This document shows, one piece after another, positions 39,701-52,174 of a stretch of 64,000 bases of DNA. The notes under the pieces were generated by a model. That model saw only the letters and a list, made by a program, of their open reading frames with translations, did no database searches and was not told where the DNA came from. The position numbers and the translations under genes are program-made. This DNA is from an uncultured virus (IMG/VR IMGVR_UViG_3300037067_008462) (Duplodnaviria > Heunggongvirae > Uroviricota > Caudoviricetes), in the IMG/VR virus record IMGVR_UViG_3300037067_008462; one strand, given 5' to 3'. How positions within the stretch are numbered: the stretch's first letter is position 1; each line of letters starts with the position of its first letter.

Positions 39701-42700
39701 TGATATCATAAACTTCAATCTTTCTAATCTTGGTCCTTACGGTGGTTATGCAAGCGCCCTCAGTCACGTTAACGTTTTAAACAGTTGGACTCAAGTAAAA
39801 GCATCTGCGTTGAGAACTGACATCAATCCGTTTAGTTATCTATATTTAAGTGGATCGGTAGTTGGTTATCAAACCGATGACCGAAACGGTTATGTCGAAG
39901 ATAACTTTATCGATTTGTTTAGTGATTATACAAAACAAAATGCTGTTTTTAAACTAATTCGTAACTCTTGGGATAAGACTAACGACAATAGTGTTGGTGT
40001 TTATGATTCGGTTACTGGCAATGTCACAATTCCTGAAGTTTATAACTCAGAAAGTGTTCCGTATTATGCTCCGACTGTCCTCAAAGATACATATTATGGT
40101 GCCTCTGCTCCAAGCGACCATTGGGGACACCTAAGCCACCACTATCTCTATACATTAGTTTTCAGAAAGGCCAAGAACGATCTTTATAATGTCATCAACG
40201 TTCTTGAAGATCCGGCTCGTTCATGGTTGGCTGGCTACAAACCGCTTAGATCGGTAAACGACGAAGATCAAGGTCCAACACACGAAACCACTCGCACCAA
40301 TACCGGTTTCAATTTTGCATCAAATGTTCCTTCTTATCAAAATGCTCAAGTGAATCTATTATCTTATGTGTATAAAGATAAGGATGGATTAAAACTCATT
40401 AAAAATTCAATGGAAGCTGACGGCCTAGACGCCTTCTATAGCGGTCTCTTAACTAGCTTCGTGAAAAACTTCCCATCCGATCTTCCTTCCTTTATGAACA
40501 CTGACGGGTTCGATATTTCGGTTGGAAGTAATGCCAATGAAATCACGAACACCATTGAAAGACAAGTCTCTATCTTAAGTTCATCTTCAATTGATTGGAC
40601 TTATGTTGTAAGATCTGAAGACGAAGCTTATAATATCTTCTTCTCTGAGGATATTAAGAATGTTATAAGTGATCGTTATAATTGGTTCCCCGTATATCCA
40701 GGACAAGCAGTTATTAAATTAGAAGATGATGAAATTTCTCCTAGTGATGTTATTGATTATAATGATTTGATGAGCGGAACTACTCCTGCAATAGATAGAG
40801 TAGTGGGATATGTTAAGAGTGTAGAATACTTCGGTTCCAAACAAGGGACTGGTAGTGGAGTATATTATCGTATAAACCTAGACAATGACATTGTTCTTGA
40901 TACAGGAACATATAGACTAGCCTTTTGGTATAGACCTTTAATTTCGAAGGTTCCGGAGGACTACGTTCGTCATAATTTCTATAGTTCAGACTACGACCAA
41001 GATATGCTCTGGACCAACAATCTACAGTTCAACTATAATAGTAGAAAAGTTATTAAAAAGAATAATGATGTTCTTTATAACAGAGGAAACATTTCTGTTG
41101 AAAATTATCCTGGTGGTTCAGCTAACAATGTTTTCTTTAATAAGAACGCCTCTACTGTCAAGGTAGAAAGAGCGTTGCCGAACTTAGGGAAAGTTACACG
41201 TTATATGGATATGCCAGGAACCATGATTGCTTGCGAGATTTATTATGAACACAATCCGGCTGATTTTGGACCGGAAGATATGTTCTATAAGTTATTCAAG
41301 ATTATCGAAGGACAAATGGTTCCTCTTGAACTTCAACGCTATCAAATGATTGGTGACGAACAGACCTTATTCATGTGCGTAGATGATGAACATTACTATT
41401 ATCAACTTTATAATCTAGCCGATAAAACTCTTGGTGGAGGATTACCTAACTCAGAAAACCTAACTTATAGTAACGCGAAGATGTTCTTCCCGATTACTCA
41501 ATATGCTTATGAAATACAAAATCCAGGATTCTATAATTTTGCAAACACAACTAAACAATATCAAATTTATCCACCAGAAAACAATGCTCCTGAACTAGAT
41601 TTCAAAATTTCTTCTAGAACGTGGGCTGCAAATATAGGTAATAAGAATTTCTATCTAACAAGTCGCGGAACCGGTGGTTTCAATAATATCAAGAGGGAAC
41701 ATAATACTCAAACATATCTAAAAATTCAAACTGCAAACGATACCGCAACCTATGTAGATTTATTCCCCGATGCTACGATTCAAGGTTACACACTAGATAA
41801 TTCGGCCTCTAATAGAATTTCGGTTGGCGCAGAATATCGCTTTAATCTCGGAACTTGGTACGGAGACTGGATTATCTACGACTATGACAAGGCTCTATCT
41901 CCTAGTCGTAAATATACAGAATTTAGCTATTTCAATAATTATGAATCAGATTTCAACCATCCTGTTTTCAGTAAATTCTATACACCTAAGCCATTAATTT
42001 ATGAACCGTCTGCTGTAGTCCTCTCCAAAGATCATATTGGGTTCCCTCACTACAAGTATAATGAAGTAACCGGTAACATCGATCTGATGATTGTTACAAC
42101 TCCTCAGACAGTTGAAGATAAACCTAAATATTTCGGAACAACAAAGCTCCATGCCTCTATCTTTAATGCGAAAGGAACTTCTCTTTATATGTTCCTTAAT
42201 GAAAAAGCTATTCTTAGCCATAATGTTTTCAACTTAACTGATGTAAATGGAACTTACGAAAGAAACACAGGAGCAACCACAGAGACCATTCTACAGAGAG
42301 CTTACAACGGTATTACTACCTTTGCTTCAATTAATGGTTTAGATGTTATCGAAAGCGGAACATTAAAGAATGTTCATTACTCTTCTATTAGAAATCTACT
42401 CTCCGATAACCCCATTTTAAAGAATATTTCAGAACTATCAATCGATACAGTTGCTAGTAAAAATTATAATATGTTAGTACTTAAGGTAAGTGGTGGTACT
42501 GTAGGTCACATTGCTTATCTATATGAACTACAAAAGACATATGGAATAGATTCTTCTCCATTCTTGTCGGCTTACGCTTATAGTGCGGTTGATGAGGCTA
42601 AATGGTTACGTAATAAGATCTTTACGAATATCATTACACCTGCTAGACGTGACGGAAAACCAACCGATCTAGAAATGGTTGAAATGGATCTTTCTTATAT

Positions 42701-44970
42701 TACACAGAAAATGCAGACCTCTCCTAAGCGGAGGGTTGCCAAGAGTACTGCTGGATATTATGTGAAGGTTCTATATGCTGCTTCTAATTCAGATTGGAGT
42801 ACGGTAAGTAACACTATTCTTGGTTTCCAGCTTGGACCTCCTAAAAACACAGATCCTCATAGTTCAAGTGCCTCTTGGTTCGACAAAGAATGGCTAAATC
42901 CTAATAAATATGTATGGAAGATTACAGCCACTAGTACCGGAAATATTGCCTCTAAGAAATTAAGTAAAAACTCTATTATTGATTTCACATATTTTGATCA
43001 AACCGCTCAAGATAGTTCAAATATTATCAAAGAAGGTGGTATTGAAATTGGTGAATCATTATATGCATTAACTGAATTTGAAAAAGTTAAGATTAAGAAA
43101 CTAATAGAAAATGGTACCACTGTTCCGGTTACTAATCCATATATTTTAGCAAAAGCTACCTATCAATGGGTTCATCTTGAGGACGTTCAGATAGAGATTG
43201 TTGATTTCACAGATCACAATAAAGCTATGCATTTAGATGGTTCAGATAGAATTGTCGATAGAACCACAGTCTTTAGCGCCCTAGATTATAATAAACTTTC
43301 AAGAAACTTTGACTTATGGTTAGATGACTTCCATATGGAAGCTACTCAACCTCATAATAAATGGGGCGACGATAATATTCTTTATCATTTTGATAATGAT
43401 GGCATAACTGAACATCCTGAAATTGATGAATATGATGACGATCCAAAAGGAGTTATATTCCCCTATCCCAATACACCAGCAAGAACCACTACTGAAGATT
43501 TAATTGATGATGATAACGATGTTTATCAGGCTAAGATTAACGCAACTATCGGTGTAGGTAGAAGAATTACATTTAACCCGGTTTGGAAACATTATAAGTT
43601 TGATTTAACTCCAACAACTGCTAACTTATGCTATCGAGGTAACGGTCAAGNNNNNNNNNNCAGTAATGCCAACCAGTTCTCACCTGAGTCCATTAACCAC
43701 AACTCAATCTTTCAAAATAACTTTGGGTGATCTATATAGTAATCTAATTAGTACAGATGCATATTTTTACGGTATGACTGGATACAATGCGCTCTATATG
43801 GGAAAAATGGCCTATCATACTGTATTGCATAATGGTTATAACGGTGTTTATTTTGGGATTCAACCTAATGGAGCAGTTTTAAATCATGATAATGTTACAG
43901 AAAAAGAAGATAGAAGGGGGTTCTTCTATTTTGGTGTGCCGAAGATATTCGATTACTTAAGATTACCTCAATGGTTATATGAAAGTATAGACGGAGGAGC
44001 TTATCTTGAATGTTGGACAAAAGATGGTTGGGTTAGATGTCCAATTGAAAGAAAATTTGGTAGTCTTAAGATTAGAATGCCTCATCCGCGTCTAACTCCA
44101 ACCACAAAGTCTCGTCCATTCCAGGATGTCATTTATACAGAAATGCTTCCATCTATCCCTGACAACGTACTGCTTTGCGGTCCAGGAACTAATAATCAAC
44201 TTCCGGTAGAAATCGGTAATGTCCTTTCTAATACCGCCTACTATCCAGCTTGCTCTATCTACAATCCGATTGCATCTTATTATGATAAAACCAATGATAA
44301 TAGATGGCAAACAGATAGAACTGCTTGGGGCGTAAGTACTTTAGACTTCTGTGTTAGACCGATTGCCGGATATTACTTTAGGTTCGTTACAACTATCGGC
44401 GGAACGGGCACTATTGGTGAATTCTTTGATGGAATTGTAGACCGTAGCGCAGAAACAGTCTCTGCGGTGATATCGATTCAAAACACTCCCCCAACTGATC
44501 CTCAAATAGGTGATCGTTATATTGTAGACGATACTCCTACGGGAGCCTGGATTGGCTATGAAAGCGAAATCGCTGAGTGGGGTTACACTAGCGGTACAAC
44601 TCTAGGATGGATATTCACCAGTCCAATATCTTCTCCTGATAGCACCTTAATTGCATATGTTATCGATGAGGATAAAATGTATGAATATCTTTCTCCTGGA
44701 CAATGGAACGAATATTCTGCCGGATTAATGGCGCTCTCTGGAAATATAGAAGAACCAACAACTAGAGACCTGATCTTTAGAGCTTTACATACCACTCCCC
44801 CACAATTTATTAATATTGCTAAGAGTGATTGTTGGATTGAAGACGTTAGAGTTAGCTCTAGTGATGCCTCTACTAATGACATCGATATTGTAATTGCAGG
44901 TTACAAAACAGATAATAATGTAAGAAAATTTAAATCAGAAATTCATACAATCAAAGTCAGGAATAAATAA
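33798..44970 (+). CDS. Giant (~3,700 aa) virion appendage/fibre protein, interrupted by an assembly gap
   Basis: The 3310 aa ORF runs into N10 at 43651-43660 and coding resumes in another frame (tracked 43666..44970). N-terminal HxHDG motif; two DUF2793-like modules (~39340-39570 and ~44470-44710). Confidence 0.7.
43651..43660. other. Scaffold gap (10 N)
   Basis: Run of n characters. Confidence 1.
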
Positions 44971-46776
44971 ATGGCTGTTAAGAACTCTAAACTACAAGAT
45001 TATAATAAATTAACCAAAGGGTTTGAAAGAAAGTTCAGATTCTATGCCAGTGGGATATCTTATAAGCAAGACTTTTATTCGGCTTTTAAAACTCAAGCAT
45101 CACCCCTGACTCTATCTAAAATTAGATCTGGAAATATTAACAAAGGTAGTGTCTATCCTGGCATCCCTGTTGATACAGATGTTGAACTTTTAAGTCAAAA
45201 TTCTAACTATAGTGTTAGCGATTCAAACTATACGAATATTAGGATCATACAAAAAGAAATAAATAAAAATCCTGTTATTGTAGCTTATGATGAATCCGGT
45301 TATGAAATTTTAAGTGGGAAAACTGTGTGGCTAACGAATTCCCTCGATTATTTCTATAACAGCTTACAAGAATATAATCTACTTGGTTCTCCCTTGTATC
45401 CTGCTCCAAAAGATATGGAGATTGTCAAGAAAAGCTCTTCGGAACCAGAAGAAATTTTAGATCAAATTCTATTAATCTTCATTGGATCTGGCTGTATTGA
45501 AATCCTTACCGAAAAAACCACAAATGAATACGGTAAAGAAAAAAGTGGAACGGTCTATCATCGTTTCCTCAGTGAAGGATGGGCTAGTAAGTATGGAAAC
45601 GAAATAAACAAGCAATTCTATACCGATACAGTCCTTGGGGATAACGAAGGTGATTATCTTCAGGGAGACGAAAATAGAAACTCTGCTCTTGCTGCTATAG
45701 CTCCTGTTGTGTTGGAAAATAGTGGGATTGATGCGGGTAATATAAATAATAACATTCTTGCTAACTTAAAGTTTTATTATTATACCAAACCACTTAGCTC
45801 TGCTAATTCTTATGCCTTTAAAACAATCTATTCTTTTGATGGTGCGGCTGGTTCTTCTTATTTTGGAAATCAAACACAAGAGATGTTCATTAAGAACATT
45901 GCTTCGGCTGTTAATGATGGTTCCAATGAAAACACATATCTATACAATGTCTTTTTTGAATTTCCACAAAATATAGAAGATTGGGATTATATCTATCTAA
46001 AATTTGATTTCAGTAATCTTCTTAATTTGAAAGACTCAACGAGAGCCATAACTTCCTATATTAACAATGACTTTACGGGAGAAAACTTTAGTCTTACAAC
46101 CGCCCTGACTATGTTGAATAGCAAGATTATTTTTGATTCCATTGGTCTTTTAGATCTCAGATATTATGATCCAAAATTACAACAATGGATGTCTACGAAC
46201 ATTGTTTCTAAGACTTATTATGCAGATACATACAGTTCGACTACAGAAACAACTGATCCTTTAGGAACCGTAAGAGATTGTATTTATGAATCAGACGGAT
46301 ATTCAACTGTAACAGAATTTAATGCAGGAGCCTCTCTTAATTATAATCCATTCTTTGATTATTCTGAATGTGAACTCATAGTTTATTCAAACGAGTTAGG
46401 CGAACTGGACTATAAAAATGTTATTGTTAAAATTAAAATTAAAGACGGTTTTAAACATTTGGTAACACATGAAAATATTGTATGTGATACTAATTGTAAG
46501 CTGAATTATGCTTTAGTTGTAGTAGATAATCCTTTTGAGATAGAGGCTAAGTCTGTTTATATTCCCGAAGTATATGGAAAAAGATTGTTCTGGTTAGCGG
46601 TTCCTCCAATTGTGCAACATGTGGGGGATTCAACAGGCATTGCATCGGTAGCTCAATTTAGAATTGTCGATGATGTTTTTGGACCAGAAGATATAACCTT
46701 AAATTTTGGTGCCGCTCTTGTTGGAAAATTTCCAAAAGAAATTTTCTCTATTCTAAAAGCAATTTGGATTGAATAA
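44971..46776 (+). CDS. Probable virion structural protein
   Basis: 601 aa, coupled within the structural operon. Confidence 0.55.
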   Translation: MAVKNSKLQDYNKLTKGFERKFRFYASGISYKQDFYSAFKTQASPLTLSKIRSGNINKGSVYPGIPVDTDVELLSQNSNYSVSDSNYTNIRIIQKEINKNPVIVAYDESGYEILSGKTVWLTNSLDYFYNSLQEYNLLGSPLYPAPKDMEIVKKSSSEPEEILDQILLIFIGSGCIEILTEKTTNEYGKEKSGTVYHRFLSEGWASKYGNEINKQFYTDTVLGDNEGDYLQGDENRNSALAAIAPVVLENSGIDAGNINNNILANLKFYYYTKPLSSANSYAFKTIYSFDGAAGSSYFGNQTQEMFIKNIASAVNDGSNENTYLYNVFFEFPQNIEDWDYIYLKFDFSNLLNLKDSTRAITSYINNDFTGENFSLTTALTMLNSKIIFDSIGLLDLRYYDPKLQQWMSTNIVSKTYYADTYSSTTETTDPLGTVRDCIYESDGYSTVTEFNAGASLNYNPFFDYSECELIVYSNELGELDYKNVIVKIKIKDGFKHLVTHENIVCDTNCKLNYALVVVDNPFEIEAKSVYIPEVYGKRLFWLAVPPIVQHVGDSTGIASVAQFRIVDDVFGPEDITLNFGAALVGKFPKEIFSILKAIWIE

Positions 46777-48215
46777 TGGCTATAGAAACTTTTGTAGATA
46801 GTGTTAATGGCGTTAGAGTCGTTTTTACAGTTGATGACTTTAATGAAATTCAAGATTGGGCCTTGTCTCAGGTAATTCGTCATACACATTCCTCTATGCC
46901 GAGTAGATATGTAAAGATTGCCGATGCAACTGATTTAACGAATCCAGTAGGATTAGATATCCCTTTAGATGGAACGGTTCTAACTTGGCAAGATCACATC
47001 AATCTACCTCACACACGAAGCATTGAATCCGGAAGGTTATTGGCGAGAGGGTGGACGGTACCTACAAAAGTTAGATGTGTTATTACTACTCCGATTTTTG
47101 ATACTACTAGTCAAGTACCTTTCCCTACTTATAATATGTCTCCTTTATCAATTAATAAAGATCTGGCTTCGGCTGAGATTAGACAAACAGTAACTTCCAA
47201 CCGACACAATCCAAACACCTATTCTAACTTTAGACATTATTTATGGATTATGCCAATGAATAATGTGTGTCGTATTCATCCAAGTCACCGTCCAATTTTG
47301 GATAGTGGAGATAATAAGGCGGCTATCTTTGCACAAACGCCACTCTTCATTCATCCTGCCAATATTGAGCTAAGAAAACAACTGGATGCTCCCAAAGGAA
47401 CACCCAACGCCAAGGCTCTATCTTATGTTCCAGACTATGCAGAAGAAAGAATATGGTCTCTAACCGAAGATTACACATGTTGGTTAGGAGGTTATAAATC
47501 CATTGTTGCCGCTAACGGTAGCGATATTATGCTTTTCTTTAATGACTTCTTTAATGAATTCTTCCAAGTAATTTCTACGATCAACTATGAAGAACTAAAT
47601 AGAGAATATTTCTTTAGATTGGAGAAGGGTGGAGGCAACCTTAGTCGTCTAGAATGTCATAACGTTTCAGATATTACTGCCCTAATGGAAGCCAAAGCTC
47701 TTGATTCAATGGATATCAGCGCCGGAGCAGGTTTAGGAAGAGATTCTATTGAAAAACGTATCTCTCCTTATGGAACCAAAGATTACTATTTTAAAACAGA
47801 TAGAACCACAGAAAGAATTAAATCAACCCTATATGATTCATGTGTTGAAAAGAGTGGAAGCAATATGACTTTTTTCTCTCTAGGTCTACCTAACTTTTCT
47901 GCTGTTAATGACTCTTCGATTCAAAGTGAATTAAACATTCCTGTTTATTTTGAAGATGGCTTTAGACAATGCTTGGTGATTAATGGAGAATATGGAACTT
48001 CTCGTAAATCATTCAAAAGAATGCATAGAGGTAGAGTGGTTTTGGTTTATCAGATCATAGATGGTTTTATATCCGTTCCTTATGAAATTTATTCCGCTGA
48101 TGCTTCCTCGATTCTATCTACGGCTCAAACCAGTACAGTATTGGGTGGAACCACTCAAGATCGATCATATGTAGATATTGCTAAACTCGGAAACGCAGGG
48201 ACCACAGGTGTCTAA
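46776..48215 (+). CDS. Probable virion appendage protein
   Basis: N-terminus (FTVDDFNEIQ...RHTHS...DHINLPH) resembles the giant protein's N-terminus. Confidence 0.55.
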   Translation: MAIETFVDSVNGVRVVFTVDDFNEIQDWALSQVIRHTHSSMPSRYVKIADATDLTNPVGLDIPLDGTVLTWQDHINLPHTRSIESGRLLARGWTVPTKVRCVITTPIFDTTSQVPFPTYNMSPLSINKDLASAEIRQTVTSNRHNPNTYSNFRHYLWIMPMNNVCRIHPSHRPILDSGDNKAAIFAQTPLFIHPANIELRKQLDAPKGTPNAKALSYVPDYAEERIWSLTEDYTCWLGGYKSIVAANGSDIMLFFNDFFNEFFQVISTINYEELNREYFFRLEKGGGNLSRLECHNVSDITALMEAKALDSMDISAGAGLGRDSIEKRISPYGTKDYYFKTDRTTERIKSTLYDSCVEKSGSNMTFFSLGLPNFSAVNDSSIQSELNIPVYFEDGFRQCLVINGEYGTSRKSFKRMHRGRVVLVYQIIDGFISVPYEIYSADASSILSTAQTSTVLGGTTQDRSYVDIAKLGNAGTTGV

Positions 48216-48648
48216 TCAATATAAAAGAGATTTCTTTGATCCCAATGTTAATTGTGATCTACCCTGCGGAAAAACCCCCCAACCTGATGCTGTTTTTGAT
48301 CCATCTCCTCCGACTAAAAGACAAATAAGTAACGAAGAATTAATGAAGCAAATAGAGGAGGATGAAGAGAGTGTAGAGGAAGTCGTAAATATAGAGTGTC
48401 CCACAAGCGACACAATAGCGGCTCCAACGGTTACAGCTACAAACGAAGATCAAACTGGATTCATTATTATAAATTGGACTGAAGTAGAAGACGCTATGGG
48501 ATATGAGATCTATCGAGATTCATCAATCACTCCCATAAAAATTGTTGGATATGATGTGCTTACTTTTAGAGATACAGAAACATATGATGCAAATCCTCAT
48601 ACCTACTGGATCAGGGCTTTCAAATATTATAGGGATTGGCCTATTTAA
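48208..48648 (+). CDS. Fibronectin type III-like protein
   Basis: APTVTAT...IIINWTEVEDAMGYEIYRD...TFRD...HTYWIRAF; start re-called at GTG 48208. Confidence 0.7.
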   Translation: MSNQYKRDFFDPNVNCDLPCGKTPQPDAVFDPSPPTKRQISNEELMKQIEEDEESVEEVVNIECPTSDTIAAPTVTATNEDQTGFIIINWTEVEDAMGYEIYRDSSITPIKIVGYDVLTFRDTETYDANPHTYWIRAFKYYRDWPI

Positions 48649-48953
48649 TGGAAGAATGTAAAAATCAAAAAGTTAATATAATTCAAGGAGATCCTTTTGC
48701 TGCTTTATATGCCCAAAATACCTTTGAGGCTGGACAATTTGAAAAGGACATGAGTTTCAGCAAGACTATTGCTGTAGGAGACGAAGAAAATTTAAATCAA
48801 AAACAATCCATAAATATAACAGAAGACTCTATCTCCGAAGAAGGTTTAGGGGAAGATATATATAAATTATGTTGCGGAGAAGATTTTGTAATCAGTGAAC
48901 TTTCTGAATCAGTAAGCGCCACTTATCAAGGTGGTATTGGACCGGGATTCTAA
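48636..48953 (+). CDS. Small acidic protein
   Basis: 105 aa ORF ending in ISELSESVSAT. Confidence 0.5.
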   Translation: MAYLMEECKNQKVNIIQGDPFAALYAQNTFEAGQFEKDMSFSKTIAVGDEENLNQKQSINITEDSISEEGLGEDIYKLCCGEDFVISELSESVSATYQGGIGPGF

Positions 48954-50610
48954 TATGTCTGAAGGATTAGTTGTTGGAACTCAATGTGAATGTCCTCGTA
49001 GATTTATTATTAGCGAACCAAAATCTGTAATTGCAACAGTTGTACTACCTCCTCTAGTTTATTATTTATGGGGATCTAAATATACAAATGATCATTATAC
49101 GACAAGCAAAGAATCGTTTGTTTTAGATGATTATTTTGAAACAGCACGTTTGATGTGGGATTTAACCGATTGTGGGTTTCATGAATATCCGGTTATCTCT
49201 TTAAATGGTAACTTTTATACACAAACTTGTGAAGGTTATAGTTCTTTATATCAAAGTGTGTTTAGATATAGGGATGGATCGAATGGAACCTTATTAAGCG
49301 ATTATACAGATCCAAAATGGCAAACAACAGCTACAGGTTATACAATTCCGGACAGAATTGTATACGGAACTCATTATCCAATTTTATTAGATAAAACCTT
49401 AAGAGATATTTCAATATCTAAATCTTCTGAATTCAAAATAATCAGAAGCGGAATGTTTGATCCTGTTACAATTGTAGGCCGAACTTTCGCTGCCGGATCA
49501 ATAGAGACTCTATCTAATGATGACCTAGCAACAATATATAGAGGATATGATGACGAACCAGCTTCAAACGGTTTTGTTCCATTTTTCACTACAGGAATAG
49601 AATATTTAAACAATGAATATTATACTGTTGGAGGAGAAGTTGACAGTGGTGTTTCCTTGCTTAATTTCCCCGGATGTGTATTTTATCTTGATCCTAATGG
49701 TACTTTTACGGAAACGTTTTTTCCGGGAGGAACCGGAGGGGTCGGAAACGCATTCCAATGGATAGCTTGGGTTTATCAAATATTAGAAACAATTCCTGGC
49801 ATCGGTAATCACGTTCGAATACCATATTTTCTTCAAATTTCTTCTGATTTATCCAACAATATATATATTGCGGGACTTGCTAAATATTATGCTCCCTCTG
49901 GACATCTAGATTCAACCGGATATGTTTGGGTTAAATTGGATTCAAGTGGAAATCTTTTGTGGTTCAAACCAGATGCAGTCAAAATTTCTGGTATTTGGAC
50001 ACAAACCATTAATTATATTCCAAGATCTTCAATTATTCCGGCTAGAGATCAAACAAAATTATTAATTCATTCTCAAGAAGTAGGGTCTACCTCTCCGGCT
50101 GCTATTGTATGCATCGATACCGCTACAGGAGATATAAATTGGATTAAAGATATAGAAGGTCTATATCCTGGATACACAGCTACCACCGGTCTAACATTTT
50201 CTAAAGTTGCCATTGACGCTCAATATGCACGATTCACATGTTGTCCTACCGAAGATTTGTTCTATATTATGATAGCTGATTCTAGTACACATAGAGCCAA
50301 AGTTCTAGCATTAGATTTTGATGGAAATATATCTTATACATCCAGCCTCCTTTCTTACGGAACAACTAGTACTATTCGGCCATTAGTTGTAGACGAAGAT
50401 GGAAATTTATTCTTTGCAGGGGATAAGATATATGTATTAGATGCACATTTAAATTTAATTCATGAAGTAAACAGTAATATTATCGTTGGAGTAGATAACG
50501 AAACATTTCAAATTAGCAAAGATATCATCGATATTAATACTCAAACTATAACAGAAAGATATATTTATGGTCCGGACAATATGGTAAAACACTTTATTTT
50601 TAGTGACTGA
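48931..50610 (+). CDS. Beta-propeller-like virion protein
   Basis: Repeating xDxxGNxxW-type motifs (KLDSSGNLLW, IDTATGDINW, LDFDGNISY, VDEDGNLFF). Confidence 0.6.
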   Translation: MVLDRDSNMSEGLVVGTQCECPRRFIISEPKSVIATVVLPPLVYYLWGSKYTNDHYTTSKESFVLDDYFETARLMWDLTDCGFHEYPVISLNGNFYTQTCEGYSSLYQSVFRYRDGSNGTLLSDYTDPKWQTTATGYTIPDRIVYGTHYPILLDKTLRDISISKSSEFKIIRSGMFDPVTIVGRTFAAGSIETLSNDDLATIYRGYDDEPASNGFVPFFTTGIEYLNNEYYTVGGEVDSGVSLLNFPGCVFYLDPNGTFTETFFPGGTGGVGNAFQWIAWVYQILETIPGIGNHVRIPYFLQISSDLSNNIYIAGLAKYYAPSGHLDSTGYVWVKLDSSGNLLWFKPDAVKISGIWTQTINYIPRSSIIPARDQTKLLIHSQEVGSTSPAAIVCIDTATGDINWIKDIEGLYPGYTATTGLTFSKVAIDAQYARFTCCPTEDLFYIMIADSSTHRAKVLALDFDGNISYTSSLLSYGTTSTIRPLVVDEDGNLFFAGDKIYVLDAHLNLIHEVNSNIIVGVDNETFQISKDIIDINTQTITERYIYGPDNMVKHFIFSD

Positions 50611-52174
50611 TATGAGTATCCCAAATAAAATCATTCTAAACCAAGGTAGTGTTTTAACAAACACAACCCTAAACACGTTACAAGATAACTTTGAAGATTG
50701 GATTAAAAATCATTATCATACTAATGAAAAAATTCCGATTCTAACCATTGCGTCTGAAGATAGAGTGTTGGAGTTGATCGGGAACGATGATTTCCTGTTC
50801 GGTTTCACAAATAGGATCTCTAATTCTACTTTAAGTATCACAGATTATGCGCCTACTTATTTGGTATTAAAATTAAATAAACTTTCTGAACTATATAATC
50901 GATCAGTTCTATTAGGAAAAGAGGACATTTCTCTTAAGAACTTAATTTATAGTTATAGTTCTTCTTACAATCAGGATTCAACCACTGATACCTTCTATTA
51001 CATCTTTAAAACTCCTACCTTCGAGGAAGACGGTCTAGATATTATCGTTACTATTCCAGCTTTAACAAGTAATGGATTGTTTACCTATGAGGGTTCGCAG
51101 TATTATCAAAAATCTCAGAAAATTAATATCAAAAAATCTATAATTAAAGACTATAGTTATGTCGAGACAACGTATACTGTTTTAACTCTAGAATTAGATA
51201 TTTTAACAAACACTTATATCGGTATCCCTGCGTTACCGATAATTGCAAGCTCTATCCTTGATGACAATAATAATAGTGCAGCGTCACATGTTGCAGATAC
51301 ATCTAAACATGCCGCCAGCTTTGCTACAGAAAGAGGTCTCATGGAGGTTGCGAAAGAAAATATCTTTGCTACACCTAATTGGCAAAAAGATTTTCCTCTC
51401 TACACAGACGGAAAATTTATGATTTCTTCTAACGACAAAACTCTATCTTTGAATATTATTAAAAATGAAACTAATACAAATAGATCTACAATAGCTCGTT
51501 CTAACGATAGTCCTTTAGATGGAATGTTTAGAGGAAATTCTCAGTCTCTAAATTGGATGAACGCTAATTACTTTACGACAGAAGAAAGAAAAGATGTAAA
51601 AGTAATGCAGAATGAAGTTATGAACGATTACAATTATGAAATCAGTGCTAATGAAAGTGGTGCCAACTCTCAACGTTTCACCAAAAGCGAATTGATCCCA
51701 ACCGCTAACGTTGGAGGCAAAGCTTCTACTTTTTATAATCAATCCAGTGGAGAAGATAGGGCTACTCGCGTAATTAAGGATGTTCAAATTGGAGTCACAG
51801 AGGGCACGTCCTTTGTAACCCTTCCAATTTTACTCAAGCTTTCACCAAACAAACATTCCAAGAGCTATATGTACACATTTTATTATGGAAAATTAAGCAA
51901 AGAATTGCAAGAGTCGTTTTTAGGAAAATATGCGGGAGCAGGACTCTATCAAGCTCATCGTACTAGCTTTGAATACAACGTAAGTCCAGGACTCTATTTT
52001 GAAAAGATTATCACATTAGGTTCTCCCTATGAACCATTCAATCTTGGAGCAGAACATATATACACCAAGACAGTTGTAAAAGACTTCTCCAATCCTGAAG
52101 CAAGTTTCAATGGTTGGGTTCTGGAAGAACAAGATATAGCAGAAATCAAGCAATATGAAACGAGGATGATCTAA
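50603..52174 (+). CDS. Probable virion appendage protein
   Basis: GSVLTNTTLNTLQ...NHYHT N-terminus resembles the giant protein; also ASHVADTSKH. Confidence 0.55.
   Translation: MTDMSIPNKIILNQGSVLTNTTLNTLQDNFEDWIKNHYHTNEKIPILTIASEDRVLELIGNDDFLFGFTNRISNSTLSITDYAPTYLVLKLNKLSELYNRSVLLGKEDISLKNLIYSYSSSYNQDSTTDTFYYIFKTPTFEEDGLDIIVTIPALTSNGLFTYEGSQYYQKSQKINIKKSIIKDYSYVETTYTVLTLELDILTNTYIGIPALPIIASSILDDNNNSAASHVADTSKHAASFATERGLMEVAKENIFATPNWQKDFPLYTDGKFMISSNDKTLSLNIIKNETNTNRSTIARSNDSPLDGMFRGNSQSLNWMNANYFTTEERKDVKVMQNEVMNDYNYEISANESGANSQRFTKSELIPTANVGGKASTFYNQSSGEDRATRVIKDVQIGVTEGTSFVTLPILLKLSPNKHSKSYMYTFYYGKLSKELQESFLGKYAGAGLYQAHRTSFEYNVSPGLYFEKIITLGSPYEPFNLGAEHIYTKTVVKDFSNPEASFNGWVLEEQDIAEIKQYETRMI

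Noticed and set aside
43630..43730. Apparent frameshift or two separate genes at the end of the 3310 aa ORF
   Set aside because: It coincides with the 10-N scaffold gap, so it is an assembly artefact.
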